From Minisyncoccota bacterium (GTDB lineage: Bacteria > Patescibacteriota > Minisyncoccia > Phycocordibacterales > UBA9973), in contig JAYVGX010000032.1 of NCBI GenBank assembly GCA_043771685.1, positions 1 through 49,565 on the forward strand: a stretch of 49,565 nucleotides of DNA, written 5' to 3'. Of the stretch, positions 26,051 through 35,817 are shown in pieces; position 1 is the first letter of the stretch, and each line of letters starts with the position of its first letter. Under the pieces are notes generated by a model that worked only from the letters and a program-made list of their open reading frames with translations, was not told the DNA's origin and searched no databases. The position numbers were made by a program, and so were the translations under genes.

Positions 26051-26461
26051 TTAACGTTTAGACCATTGTGGACTCTTACGAGCTTTCTTAAGACCGAATT
26101 TCTTACGTTCAACTTGACGAGGATCACGTTTAAGCATTTTTGCTTTTTTAAGAGGACCACGGAGTTCTGCATCGTACATAACTAATGCACGAGAGATACC
26201 ATGACGGACTGCTTCTGCTTGAGCGTGACTTCCACCACCTTTTACAGTTGCAACAACTTCAAATTTCTCAGCAGGGTTTGATGTTTCAAAAGCTCCAGTA
26301 ACAACCTTTTTAAGTTCTGCAGTTGGAAAGTAAACATTCAAATCTTTATCATTAAAAGTATAAGTAGTTTTAGCTCCCTTGTATAAACGCACAACAGCAG
26401 TTGCTGTTTTACGACGACCTATTGCTCTGTAGTATTCTTTTGTTGTTTTTTTATCTGTCAT
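26051..26461 (-). CDS. rpsI: 30S ribosomal protein S9
   Basis: GRRKTA..., GGGxxGQAxA-like core, and a C-terminal ...KKARKSPQWSKR. Confidence 0.95.
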   Translation of the reverse strand: MTDKKTTKEYYRAIGRRKTATAVVRLYKGAKTTYTFNDKDLNVYFPTAELKKVVTGAFETSNPAEKFEVVATVKGGGSHAQAEAVRHGISRALVMYDAELRGPLKKAKMLKRDPRQVERKKFGLKKARKSPQWSKR

Positions 26462-26468
26462 AAAAATG

Positions 26469-26819
26469 TTATTCGTTTACTGTTAAATTCTTCATCATTA
26501 TAGGGCGGAGTTTATTTGAAGGTAACATACCGTAAACAGCATCTGTATATAAATCTTTCCAACCTTTCTTATCTATGATTTCTTTGTTGTTCAAAGATTT
26601 CAAACCACCTGGGTGACCAGAATAACGTAAGTGCAGAGTCTCATTTAATCTCTTTTCAGACATTTTTGTTTGTTTCGCATTTTCAATTATAACTTTAATT
26701 TCAGATGGGGCGTTGGAAACATAAGAAACAGTATTCTTGCCCATAAGATGCTTTGCAGCTTCACTTGCAACTCTACCTAAAATTTTCCCTGTAGCATCAA
26801 TTGTATGTATGTTTTTCAT
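26469..26819 (-). CDS. rplM: 50S ribosomal protein L13 (short form)
   Basis: IDATGKILGRVASEAAKHLMGKN. Confidence 0.9.
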   Translation of the reverse strand: MKNIHTIDATGKILGRVASEAAKHLMGKNTVSYVSNAPSEIKVIIENAKQTKMSEKRLNETLHLRYSGHPGGLKSLNNKEIIDKKGWKDLYTDAVYGMLPSNKLRPIMMKNLTVNE

Positions 26820-26820
26820 A

Positions 26821-27174
26821 TTATATAAATTCTATTACTGCCATTAAACTTGCGTCTCCCGCACGGCGACCTAGCTTTGTTATACGTGTGTACCCCCCGT
26901 TTCTTTCTTTGTACTTTGGAGATATGTCATCTATCAATTTATTTGCTTCTGATGTTAGGTTGTACAAACGAGAAATAACTAGACGACGAGATGCCAAAGT
27001 TCCGATAAGAGCTTTTGTGATCAGTTTCTCTATCATAGGGCGTAGTTCTTTTGCTTTTGCTTCTGTTGTTTCTATGCGACCATGTGCGATAAGAGCTAGC
27101 ATTAGACCTTTCATTAAGGCATTACGTCCTGCGCGATTTCTATTAAATTTTCTTACATTGTTGTGGTGTCTCAT
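26821..27174 (-). CDS. rplQ: 50S ribosomal protein L17
   Basis: MRHHNNVRKFNRNRAGRNALMKGL...GRIETTEAKAKELRP. Confidence 0.95.
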   Translation of the reverse strand: MRHHNNVRKFNRNRAGRNALMKGLMLALIAHGRIETTEAKAKELRPMIEKLITKALIGTLASRRLVISRLYNLTSEANKLIDDISPKYKERNGGYTRITKLGRRAGDASLMAVIEFI

Positions 27175-27193
27175 ATAATTTCATTAAAAATAA

Positions 27194-28177
27194 CTACTTA
27201 AGTGTGATATTAAAAGAAGATAGAATTTTCTTTATTTCTAAAATACCTTTATCTCCGATACCTTCTATTTCAAGCAAGTCTTCCTTTTTCTTGCGAGCGA
27301 TACCACCGATTGTGCGGATATTTGCAGAAGTTAAAGCATTTAAAGTTCTTGTTGAAAAATCTAATGTATCAATTCTTGTTTTAAGAATATCTGTAAATTC
27401 ATTTGTATCGCCTTCTTTTTCTTTATCGTCTTCTTTGTCTTCTTTACTGCTGTGGTTTTCAGTTACTTCTACTTTCTTTTTTGCTTCTACTGTAAAACCA
27501 ATAATAGCTTGAAGTTGTTCAACCATTACTACTATAGATTTCTCTAGAGCTTCACGTGCAGTCAAAGTGCCATCTGTTTCGATAGAAACTCTTAAACGAT
27601 TGTGGTTTGTTTTATCACCAACACGCATGTTCTCAACTTCATAAGAAACACGACGAATAGGTGTGAAAATAGCATCCAAAGCAATCATACCAACTTCTGT
27701 TTTAGCTTTTTGATGTATATCTTTTGAAACGAAACCAAGTCCTTTTTGGACTGTCATTTCAATAGATAAATTAACTTTAGAAGTTATCTCAGCGATGTAT
27801 AGATCTTTATTCAATACTTCAACTTGACCTCCAGTTTCGATATCTGAAGCCATAACTTTTTTAGGTCCTTTAACATTTATTTTTACAGTTTGTGGTTCAT
27901 CTGTTAATAAGTTGAAACGAACTTGCTTCAGGTGAAGCAACATAGTTATAACATCTTCTTTTATTCCATCCATTGTAGAAAATTCGTGATCAACCCCTTC
28001 TATTTTAAGTGAAGTTATAGCTGCTCCAGGGATAGATGAAAGTATTATACGACGCAAAGAATTACCCAAAGTATGACCATAACCTGGGTAAAGACCGTCG
28101 ATTTGATAAACACCTTTTGTGTTATCTTCAGAAACTATAGATAATTTTGATGGTAGTATTATATTTAGATCAGACAT
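27194..28177 (-). CDS. rpoA: DNA-directed RNA polymerase alpha subunit
   Basis: N-terminal dimerisation domain (GHTLGNSLRRILLSS-like) and the C-terminal domain HhH (STRTLNALTSANIRTIG). Confidence 0.95.
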   Translation of the reverse strand: MSDLNIILPSKLSIVSEDNTKGVYQIDGLYPGYGHTLGNSLRRIILSSIPGAAITSLKIEGVDHEFSTMDGIKEDVITMLLHLKQVRFNLLTDEPQTVKINVKGPKKVMASDIETGGQVEVLNKDLYIAEITSKVNLSIEMTVQKGLGFVSKDIHQKAKTEVGMIALDAIFTPIRRVSYEVENMRVGDKTNHNRLRVSIETDGTLTAREALEKSIVVMVEQLQAIIGFTVEAKKKVEVTENHSSKEDKEDDKEKEGDTNEFTDILKTRIDTLDFSTRTLNALTSANIRTIGGIARKKKEDLLEIEGIGDKGILEIKKILSSFNITLK

Positions 28178-28215
28178 AAAATTTTGCTAAGCAAATTATT
28201 TAATAAAAATTTATA

Positions 28216-28824
28216 CTAACGACTATAGAATTCAAGCACAGTGTTAAAATCTAAGAAACCGTCGGTGGTGTTTGGTTTACCTTGTATTGTTGATGAAAGT
28301 GTTTCAGGACTAAAAGAAAGCCAGTTAGGAACAGTGTATTCTTTCATCTTTTTTTCTATATCTGTAAAAAGAACACTCTTTTGACTTCCAAGACGAACAG
28401 AAACTATGTCGTTTAATTTAACACGAGCACTAGCGATAGTTGTCTTTTTTCCATTCAAAAGTATATGTCCATGAGAAACCATTTGGCGAGATAGTCTACG
28501 TGTGTGAGCCAAGCCTAAACGATAAACGACATTGTCTAGTCTGTTTTCTAAAAGTTCAAACAAATAAGTAGAAGCAATACTTCCTTTATGAGAAACTGCT
28601 TCGTTAACATAGTTTTGAAATTGAGTTTCACTTAAACCATAAGTAAAGCGAACTTTTTGTTTTTCCATAAATTGAGTAGCGTAAACAGAAAGAGCTTTAG
28701 GTTTTCTACTTTTTAGACCTTTTGCATGACGATTCTCAGACGCAACGAATTTAGCTGTTTGACACTTTTCAAACACACCAGAACCTAAACGTCTACAGAT
28801 TTTATATTTTTGGGCTTGTTTCAT
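28216..28824 (-). CDS. rpsD: 30S ribosomal protein S4
   Basis: CRRLG..., LENRLDNVVYRLGLA, and an S4 RNA-binding domain. Confidence 0.95.
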   Translation of the reverse strand: MKQAQKYKICRRLGSGVFEKCQTAKFVASENRHAKGLKSRKPKALSVYATQFMEKQKVRFTYGLSETQFQNYVNEAVSHKGSIASTYLFELLENRLDNVVYRLGLAHTRRLSRQMVSHGHILLNGKKTTIASARVKLNDIVSVRLGSQKSVLFTDIEKKMKEYTVPNWLSFSPETLSSTIQGKPNTTDGFLDFNTVLEFYSR

Positions 28825-28837
28825 TATTATTTTTCAA

Positions 28838-29278
28838 TTAAACTCTTCGTGGTTTCTTAGCTTTTGGACCATTGTGTGGCACAGGAGTTATGTCGCGGAT
28901 AGAAGTCAACTCTATATCATATGCCATAAATGCTCTAATTGTAGGTTCACGACCGCTACCAACACCTTTTACTTTTGCATCAACTTCTTTTATTCCTAAA
29001 GCCTTAGCTTTTTCTCCGATAACAGATCCGGCTTTTGAAGCAGCGAATGGTGTACCCTTTTTGGCACCTTTGAATCCAAGAGCTCCAGCTGAAGTCCAAA
29101 ACAATGTATTGCCTTCTTTGTCAGAAAGAACCACCTTTGTATTGTTAAAAGTTGCTTCAACGTGTAGAGTTCCAGCGATAACTTTCTTTTTTGGAACTTT
29201 TACTTTAGATGAAGTTTCTACTGCTTTAACTTCATTGTTTTCTTCTTTTTCTTTAGTTATAATTTTAATTTTTCCCAT
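28838..29278 (-). CDS. rpsK: 30S ribosomal protein S11
   Basis: HVEATFNNT..., GFKG.KK.TPFAA, and a C-terminal DITPVPHNG...PRRV. Confidence 0.95.
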   Translation of the reverse strand: MGKIKIITKEKEENNEVKAVETSSKVKVPKKKVIAGTLHVEATFNNTKVVLSDKEGNTLFWTSAGALGFKGAKKGTPFAASKAGSVIGEKAKALGIKEVDAKVKGVGSGREPTIRAFMAYDIELTSIRDITPVPHNGPKAKKPRRV

Positions 29279-29283
29279 ATTAA

Positions 29284-29664
29284 TTATGTTTTACTTTCTT
29301 TACGACGACCAGATGCCATTGTCTTTCTAACATTTCCACGAACTGTACGAGAATTTGTTTTTGTTCTTTGGCCGTTTACTGGAAGACCTCGCATATGTCT
29401 GATTCCACGGTATGCTTTTATGTCTTTAAGTCTTTTAATATTTGCAGAGATTTCACGTTTTAGACCTCCTTCGATTGAAAAACCTTCTATTAACTTACGG
29501 ATAGCATTTTCTTGATCAAGAGTTAATATGTCACTTTTGTCATTTGGATTAACACCAACCTCTTTTAGTATTTTACGAGCACGAGAAAGACCGATACCAT
29601 AGAGTGATGTAAGAGCGATGTCTAAATGTTTATTGTTTGGGATGTTGATACCGAGGATTCTCAT
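29284..29664 (-). CDS. rpsM: 30S ribosomal protein S13
   Basis: MRILGINIP..., YGIG, and YRGIRH..GLPVNGQRTKTN. Confidence 0.95.
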   Translation of the reverse strand: MRILGINIPNNKHLDIALTSLYGIGLSRARKILKEVGVNPNDKSDILTLDQENAIRKLIEGFSIEGGLKREISANIKRLKDIKAYRGIRHMRGLPVNGQRTKTNSRTVRGNVRKTMASGRRKESKT

Positions 29665-29666
29665 AA

Positions 29667-29777
29667 TTATTGTTTTTGTTTATGTTTAGGGTTGTCGCAA
29701 ATAATATGAAGATGGCGTTTTCGTGACACCATTTTGCATTTCGCACAAATTTTTTTTACTGCTGATTTGATTTTCAT
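29667..29777 (-). CDS. rpmJ: 50S ribosomal protein L36 (not in the ORF track)
   Basis: Manual translation gives [36 protein letters not shown], with the C..C...C...H pattern. It sits between infA and rpsM, as is usual. Confidence 0.85.
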   Translation of the reverse strand: MKIKSAVKKICAKCKMVSRKRHLHIICDNPKHKQKQ

Positions 29778-29883
29778 ATTATGTCTTTATATAAAATAAA
29801 AATAAAGGAATTAATCCTATATTTTTTGTATTTGAACACGTTGTAACATCCTACACTATTTGCCATATAAAAGCAAGTCTTTT

Positions 29884-30099
29884 TTAATTTCTTTTTATGA
29901 TACGACCCTTGCCACCATATGGATCCAAAAGAACTTCTACTTTATCCCCTACTAGAACCTTGATTCTATGTAATCGCATCTTTCCAGATAGATAAGCAAT
30001 AATGATTTTCCCTTCACCTAAATCAACTCTAAAAAGAGTATTCGGAAGTGCTTCAGTCACGATAGCCATCACTGTATTTTTATCATCTTGTTGATTCAT
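29884..30099 (-). CDS. infA: Translation initiation factor IF-1
   Basis: S1-like fold sequence ...VTEALPNTLFRVDLGEGKIIIAYLSGKMRLHRIKVLVGDKVEV. Confidence 0.92.
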   Translation of the reverse strand: MNQQDDKNTVMAIVTEALPNTLFRVDLGEGKIIIAYLSGKMRLHRIKVLVGDKVEVLLDPYGGKGRIIKRN

Positions 30100-30146
30100 T
30101 TTGTTTTATTAGTATACTAAACAAAACTTTTTAAGTCAAATAAAAA

Positions 30147-30169
30147 AAGCCTACAGTTAATGCAGGCTT
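30147..30169 (-). terminator. Terminator-like hairpin downstream of 30188..30859
   Basis: AAGCCTACA-gttaa-TGCAGGCTT (one mismatch), flanked by A and T runs. Confidence 0.45.
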
Positions 30170-30187
30170 CCTTTTTAATTAAAAAAT

Positions 30188-30859
30188 TTAGAATTCAAAT
30201 TCTCCTGAAGATATTTCTTCAAGAGCTTTTATACAAACCGGACCATCGCACATATACCCCATACTGTCTCGATGTTTCTTACTTGTAACTCCTTGTGGAA
30301 CAAGAAGACCGTTTGAAATAGATATTATTCTACCGTAATTGACTCCTTTTCCTCTTTCAACTACGTGGACAGTCGAAGCTGTCCACTTCTGACCATCTTC
30401 GATAGCCATAGCGACAGGATTATTGCCAATATATTTTGGTTTACCTGTAGCTGGGTCTTTGATGCTTAGATCAGCTGGATAAACATTGATAATTGGTATG
30501 CGACCCAACAATGGCTTTATAATAACTAGCTCGAAATTATAAAGCAAAATTAGATCAGGTTTAAACCGACTTATTTTTTTTAAAACAAAATAAAAGTAGT
30601 CTTCTCTTGTTGAATGTGGCATGTTAGCTAATGAATCAGTAAATGGTGGCTCTTGAGCTAAACAAAACTTTCTAGGATTTACCTCTATAAAAGGGATATT
30701 TTTTTGTTTTAAAAATAATTTTCCTTCTGGGTTTAGCTGCTCAGTTGAAACTTCACAAGCCATATCGTAGTTTTTACCACAATTTTTATCTTTTGAAAAT
30801 AAATATGGAGCAAGACTAACACCTCCAGAAGACATCAATACAATTCTTAATTTTCCCAT
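30188..30859 (-). CDS. Formyltransferase-fold (PurN-like) protein with apparently substituted catalytic residues
   Basis: LRIVLMSSGG at the N-terminus. INVYPADLS occupies the position of the N-x-H-P-S-L-L-P motif, and VNYGRII the position of the D-x-G-x-I motif. Confidence 0.45.
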   Translation of the reverse strand: MGKLRIVLMSSGGVSLAPYLFSKDKNCGKNYDMACEVSTEQLNPEGKLFLKQKNIPFIEVNPRKFCLAQEPPFTDSLANMPHSTREDYFYFVLKKISRFKPDLILLYNFELVIIKPLLGRIPIINVYPADLSIKDPATGKPKYIGNNPVAMAIEDGQKWTASTVHVVERGKGVNYGRIISISNGLLVPQGVTSKKHRDSMGYMCDGPVCIKALEEISSGEFEF

Positions 30860-30949
30860 ATTATTGTTTTTTTAAATAGTTTAAATTTAACCTCAAAATA
30901 CTATAATTGTGATTTATAGTCAAGAAAAAAAGTACTAGATTTATTGAGG

Positions 30950-32290
30950 TTATTTTACAATTATCTTTACCTTTTTAGAATCGAGAGGGATTTTTTTTAA
31001 CCAAAATGGAAATATCCTGACACTAGCAGAGCCTATGCTTTCATTAGCTTGAAACATGTAGAGACTTTCATCTATTGTCTTACCTAATGTATTATTTTTA
31101 ATCATATCTCTATTTGGGTGCCAAATAGCCTCAGTATCACCAGTTAGTTGGAAATCCAAGACTTCTGTATCTTTGGATATTGTAGATATATTTGGGTTGT
31201 AATTAAAGACCAAGTTCTCGACATTTTTGAATTCGATGTTTTGATACTCTTCATCTGTTTTATTTGGAACGTATTTTTTCAACATAAAAGTATCTAAATT
31301 TTTCTTTTTCAAAATAGGAGCCTTTATTGTTCCGTTAACAACTATCTTTGCTTGTTGGTTTTTAGACTGTAGAGTATTGTCATCGAACTTGTAATCAAAG
31401 AAAATAGAATCCTCATATAAAATATATCCATCCGGAACTTGGGCTTTCATTTTCTTAATCATTTCTTTTTTGAATTCAGTTTTTATTCTATCTTCTAAGA
31501 TTTTTTTATCTGCATCGTTAACGATGTAAACAAAACCAGAAAAACCACCATTTATTTCCCCTTTTGATTTTGCGTATATATATTTGTATCTCGCACTGTC
31601 GTTTTTAAAATCATTGAAATAGAAATCTGTACTTGTATTGTTGTATGATTCACCAGCTAGAAATGCTGTAACTTTGGCATCAATGGAGCCTGGAACACTC
31701 TTTTTATCACCATCTTTTGTAAAACCTGGAACTTCAATTGTGTCATTTAATGTGTAAGTTTTTCCACTAGGATCAGATATAAAAATCCCAGATTTCATAA
31801 TAAGTGGTTTCTTACTGTAATCATTGTAAATAGTAACTTCACCTGAGGCTTTTTTTGATATATTTGCTGTCTCAAGTAGGGTCAGATCCACTGAATCTGA
31901 AAAATCTATACTCATTATCTCGAAAGGAATTTTAGAGTCTAATCCTTTTAGAGAGTTCACATTTTGTTTCTCGATAGTAAATACTTGATGTTTAGATTTA
32001 ATTATTATGTTTACTTTATTTAAAAAGAAAGAAATAATGTAAGCAAAGAAACAGATCATAATCAAAACAGAAATTATAAATACATAGATGGATTTTTTAT
32101 TTGTTCCTACTACTTCTACTTCTTCTTCGGCATCTTTTTCTACATTTATTACTTCTGATTTATAGTTGTCCGTGTTAATTTTTATTTCTTTTCTTTGATT
32201 AAATGCTACAGGAATAGCTTTGTTTTTTTTTACAATTAAATCTACTCCTCGTTCACCTGGTTTTTTAATATCTTGTATTCTTCTAATCAT
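30950..32290 (-). CDS. Hypothetical single-pass membrane protein (446 aa)
   Basis: One TM helix (IYVFIISVLIMICFFAYIISFFL) and a large extracytoplasmic part. Its start abuts the stop of the upstream actin-like ATPase gene. Confidence 0.6.
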   Translation of the reverse strand: MIRRIQDIKKPGERGVDLIVKKNKAIPVAFNQRKEIKINTDNYKSEVINVEKDAEEEVEVVGTNKKSIYVFIISVLIMICFFAYIISFFLNKVNIIIKSKHQVFTIEKQNVNSLKGLDSKIPFEIMSIDFSDSVDLTLLETANISKKASGEVTIYNDYSKKPLIMKSGIFISDPSGKTYTLNDTIEVPGFTKDGDKKSVPGSIDAKVTAFLAGESYNNTSTDFYFNDFKNDSARYKYIYAKSKGEINGGFSGFVYIVNDADKKILEDRIKTEFKKEMIKKMKAQVPDGYILYEDSIFFDYKFDDNTLQSKNQQAKIVVNGTIKAPILKKKNLDTFMLKKYVPNKTDEEYQNIEFKNVENLVFNYNPNISTISKDTEVLDFQLTGDTEAIWHPNRDMIKNNTLGKTIDESLYMFQANESIGSASVRIFPFWLKKIPLDSKKVKIIVK

Positions 32291-33460
32291 TTATTTTTTT
32301 GTATATGCTATTGATTCAATCATTAAAAATGGATCACAATTTGTGTTTTTTACTTTACATATATCAGAAAAATCTTTATTTTCAAGTGAAACAACTGTAC
32401 AGATATTGTTATAGAAGAGAGATTTAATTTTCTCTTGTTTTTGTAATAAATTTACAAAAAATATGTTTGAGTTAGTTTCAACTGTCAAGAATAAAGGATT
32501 CGCTACAGTGATAGGCTTGTCCTCATTATTAATAGATTCATAAAAAGATTCAGCATAAGACTCCTCGATGTTTTTCATCAGACTACTCATTTTTGTTTTT
32601 AAATTTTCTGCCATAGAATTGCTATTGTATAGACGAAATAATTCTGAGGCGTCACGTAGACTTATGTCTAATTTAGTTGAGATAGTTGAAAGTAAGGTTT
32701 TGCGACCAAAAGGAAAAGATGCTATTTTTGCTATCGCATTATTTTTTATAATAGTTATATCAGTTACATCTCCTCCTATATCCACCATCATATAAGAATC
32801 GAGCTCGCTATATCGGTCACGAATAGCTAAAAAAGAATCTAGAACAAAAGAAGAAAATTCAACAGGAGTTTCGTGAAAAACTTTCTCAAAAATACTCTTT
32901 AATGACGACAAAAATGATCCAGGAGAAGATGATACTATTATTCCTAAATCAACAGAATTGACCTTCTTACCAATTGGATTTGTAACTTGGTAACCATTTA
33001 AAGATATATTAAGAATATTTTTCTCAAAAATCTCTGGTATATCTGGATTTTCACCAAACTTTTCTTTATTTAAAATTTCATTAGCAGTTATTTCCTTCTT
33101 AAGTAACTCTGAAATGTTTTTTTCATCAAATAAAAAAGGTGTGTCGCGAGAATTTTTTATGGTTTTTGTTTGTGTTTCGTACCAAGGAGAAGCCAAAACA
33201 CAAATTATATTCTTAGGTGCTCCTATTTTTTTATTGTATAGTTCATTTGCATTTATAGACAATGCTTCGAACATATCGGTAGATAAGTTCTCGTAGTTAA
33301 TATCTTTTTTGTGATTTATATCAGTACGTACGAAAGCGATAATAGTTGGGTGAGTGTTTTTGTTATTTGAGACCTCCACCATAGCACTACCAACAGTACT
33401 CGATCCAATATCAAAAATAGCGATTATCTTTTTTTTATCTTTTTTATTAAAAAAACTCAT
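32291..33460 (-). CDS. Actin-like ATPase (FtsA/PilM family)
   Basis: IIAIFDIGSSTVGSAMV (phosphate-1) and MMVDIGGDVTDITII (phosphate-2). Confidence 0.6.
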   Translation of the reverse strand: MSFFNKKDKKKIIAIFDIGSSTVGSAMVEVSNNKNTHPTIIAFVRTDINHKKDINYENLSTDMFEALSINANELYNKKIGAPKNIICVLASPWYETQTKTIKNSRDTPFLFDEKNISELLKKEITANEILNKEKFGENPDIPEIFEKNILNISLNGYQVTNPIGKKVNSVDLGIIVSSSPGSFLSSLKSIFEKVFHETPVEFSSFVLDSFLAIRDRYSELDSYMMVDIGGDVTDITIIKNNAIAKIASFPFGRKTLLSTISTKLDISLRDASELFRLYNSNSMAENLKTKMSSLMKNIEESYAESFYESINNEDKPITVANPLFLTVETNSNIFFVNLLQKQEKIKSLFYNNICTVVSLENKDFSDICKVKNTNCDPFLMIESIAYTKK

Positions 33461-33487
33461 AATAACATTTTTATTATAACACTTTTT

Positions 33488-35272
33488 TTAAGCTAACACA
33501 CCTTTGATACGACGAATTCCAGCTGAAACAGCTTCTTCTTTTTGGATTGAAAATCGAGTTAGTTCTTTTGTGTTATTTATATGAGGTCCACCGCAGAATT
33601 CTTTAGAAAAACCATTACCATTTTCGTCTTCGATAAAATAAACAGACACAGTTTCTGGGTACTTGGCACCAAATTCCATTTGAGCACCGATTTTCTCTGC
33701 ATCTTGTAATGACATCTCACGTCTGACCACATTTAAACCTTTTTCGATTTTATCATTAACCCAATTTTCCACTTTTTGTTTTTCTTCATCGGTTAATTTA
33801 TGATCACAAACAAAGTCTATACGTAATCTTTCCTCGGTTATATTACTTCCTCTTTGTTTAATATCAGGATTTACAACTGCTTGAAGAGCAGAGAGTAATA
33901 AATGGTGTATAGTATGCAACTTGATAGTTTTATCATTATGATTTGCCAATCCACCTTTGAACATCCCTGCACTTGCTGTTTGAGATAACTTTTGATGTTC
34001 AGCCATTTTCTTATTAAAATCTTCCCTGTCTATTTCCATACCCTTTTCTTTTGCGAGTTCTTTTGTGAGTTCTATTGGGAAGCCGTAAGTTGTTGCCAGT
34101 ATAAATGGATCAACTCCTTTTTCAAATTCTTTTTTACCATCATTTAAAGTTACAGAGAATTTTTGTTGTTCTGCTTTAAAGATAGAAATTATATCGATTT
34201 CTGCAATACGAGGATATATTTGTGAATAGAAATCAACATAGTATTTAATTATATTTGCTATTGTATTTTCTTCTAAATCCATTTTTTTCACATAAAAAAC
34301 TGCCCGTCGAATTAAACGTCGGAGAACATAACCTTGGCTTTTATTTGCAGGTATAACACCGTCAGCAATTAGCATTGTTGACGCGCGTACATGATCCACA
34401 ACAATACGACAAGAAAGATCATCAAAGTTCTTTGCACTTTGTCTAATCATATCCATCACTGGTTTCAAGATATCACTCTCATACGCAGTATTTTTTTCTT
34501 GCATAACAGCAGTTATACGCTCGAGTCCTGCACCAGTATCTACATTTTTTTGTTTTAATTTTCCGATTACTTTTCCATTTTTCTTTTCGTATTCCATGAA
34601 AACATCGTTCCAAATTTCGATGATAGTTTCTTTTCCAGTTTCTTGTATGAATTGTTCTTTTGAAATTTTTTGACCTATAAACTGACCACTCATATCGTAA
34701 AACATCTCGCTACATGGACCACAAGGACCATTATCACCTGGACTCCACCAGTTATCATCTGCTGGGAGTGCATAAATTCGGTTTTCTGGTATACCTAAAC
34801 TCATCCAGATATCTTTGGATTCTTGATCGTACGGGGCATTTTCATCACCCTCAAAAATTGTTACATAAAGACGATTTACATCGAGACCAAGACCTTCTTC
34901 TTTTGAAGTCAGAAATTCATAAGACCAAGTTATAGCTTCTTGTTTAAAATAGCCTTGTCCGATTCCGTCAGTAGAATTAGGATCACCGAGTGACCAGTTC
35001 CCCATCATTTCAAAAAATGAAAAGTGTCGATCATCCCCAATGTCTTCTAAGTCTCCTGTTCTTACACATTTTTGTATATCTACGATTCTCTTACCCATTG
35101 GATGTTCTTGGCCGAGTAGGTACGGCACAAGCGGTTGCATACCGGCAGTATTGAAAAGCACCGATGGGTCGTTTTCAGGTACGAGTGATGCCGAAGGGAT
35201 AACTTTATGTCCTCTGTTTTCAAAAAAATTCAAAAACCTATTTCGTATTTCATTTGATGTCATATAGCTCAT
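33488..35272 (-). CDS. alaS: Alanine--tRNA ligase, short form lacking the C-terminal (C-Ala) domain
   Basis: The class II AlaRS N-terminus is (FLNFFENRGHKVIPSASLVPENDPSVLFNTAGM). The editing-domain motifs are HTIHHLL and CGGPH. The protein ends shortly after the editing domain, at 594 aa. Confidence 0.92.
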   Translation of the reverse strand: MSYMTSNEIRNRFLNFFENRGHKVIPSASLVPENDPSVLFNTAGMQPLVPYLLGQEHPMGKRIVDIQKCVRTGDLEDIGDDRHFSFFEMMGNWSLGDPNSTDGIGQGYFKQEAITWSYEFLTSKEEGLGLDVNRLYVTIFEGDENAPYDQESKDIWMSLGIPENRIYALPADDNWWSPGDNGPCGPCSEMFYDMSGQFIGQKISKEQFIQETGKETIIEIWNDVFMEYEKKNGKVIGKLKQKNVDTGAGLERITAVMQEKNTAYESDILKPVMDMIRQSAKNFDDLSCRIVVDHVRASTMLIADGVIPANKSQGYVLRRLIRRAVFYVKKMDLEENTIANIIKYYVDFYSQIYPRIAEIDIISIFKAEQQKFSVTLNDGKKEFEKGVDPFILATTYGFPIELTKELAKEKGMEIDREDFNKKMAEHQKLSQTASAGMFKGGLANHNDKTIKLHTIHHLLLSALQAVVNPDIKQRGSNITEERLRIDFVCDHKLTDEEKQKVENWVNDKIEKGLNVVRREMSLQDAEKIGAQMEFGAKYPETVSVYFIEDENGNGFSKEFCGGPHINNTKELTRFSIQKEEAVSAGIRRIKGVLA

Positions 35273-35300
35273 ATTTATATATTACACTAAATTCGGGAAT

Positions 35301-35330
35301 AAAAAAAGACTTCATATGAAGTCTTTTTTT
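35301..35330 (-). terminator. Terminator after the MgtC-like gene
   Basis: AAAAAAAGACTTCATATGAAGTCTTTTTTT is a perfect palindrome. Confidence 0.6.
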
Positions 35331-35334
35331 ATAA

Positions 35335-35814
35335 TTAATGGTCGTCGGAGGTAGAGTTTTTGAAGAAACGAGTTTTTTTGAATTGTTGTTCAAAAAACCA
35401 AAGGACTATAAAGACAAATAGGAGCATAATGGTTGCTATGATAGCAAGTTTAAACAGTCCAGATCCTGCAGCCATACCAATACCCGCAGAAACCCAAAGT
35501 CCTGTAGCAGTAGTTAAACCCATTAGTTTATTGTCTTTGGTAAATATCAAACCTGTGCCAATAAAACCGATACCGACAACAATTTGCGAAACAAGCATGA
35601 GTGGATTCGTACCTGGAAAGCTCGCGTATTGTGCAATCATTGCATCAGAAATAATAACAAATAAAGCCGAACCCATCGAAACGAGTGCGTACGTACGCAT
35701 GCCTGCTGTCTTATGCGCCCAAACACGTTCGGTTCCGATAACGAAACCTAAAATTAATGCAATAAAAAGTTTTACAATAATATCTACAGTTGCTGTGTCA
35801 AAAAAATTTTCCAT
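35335..35814 (-). CDS. MgtC/SapB family membrane protein
   Basis: LILGFVIGTERVWAHKTAGMRTYALVSMGSALF. Confidence 0.85.
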   Translation of the reverse strand: MENFFDTATVDIIVKLFIALILGFVIGTERVWAHKTAGMRTYALVSMGSALFVIISDAMIAQYASFPGTNPLMLVSQIVVGIGFIGTGLIFTKDNKLMGLTTATGLWVSAGIGMAAGSGLFKLAIIATIMLLFVFIVLWFFEQQFKKTRFFKNSTSDDH

Positions 35815-35817
35815 ATA

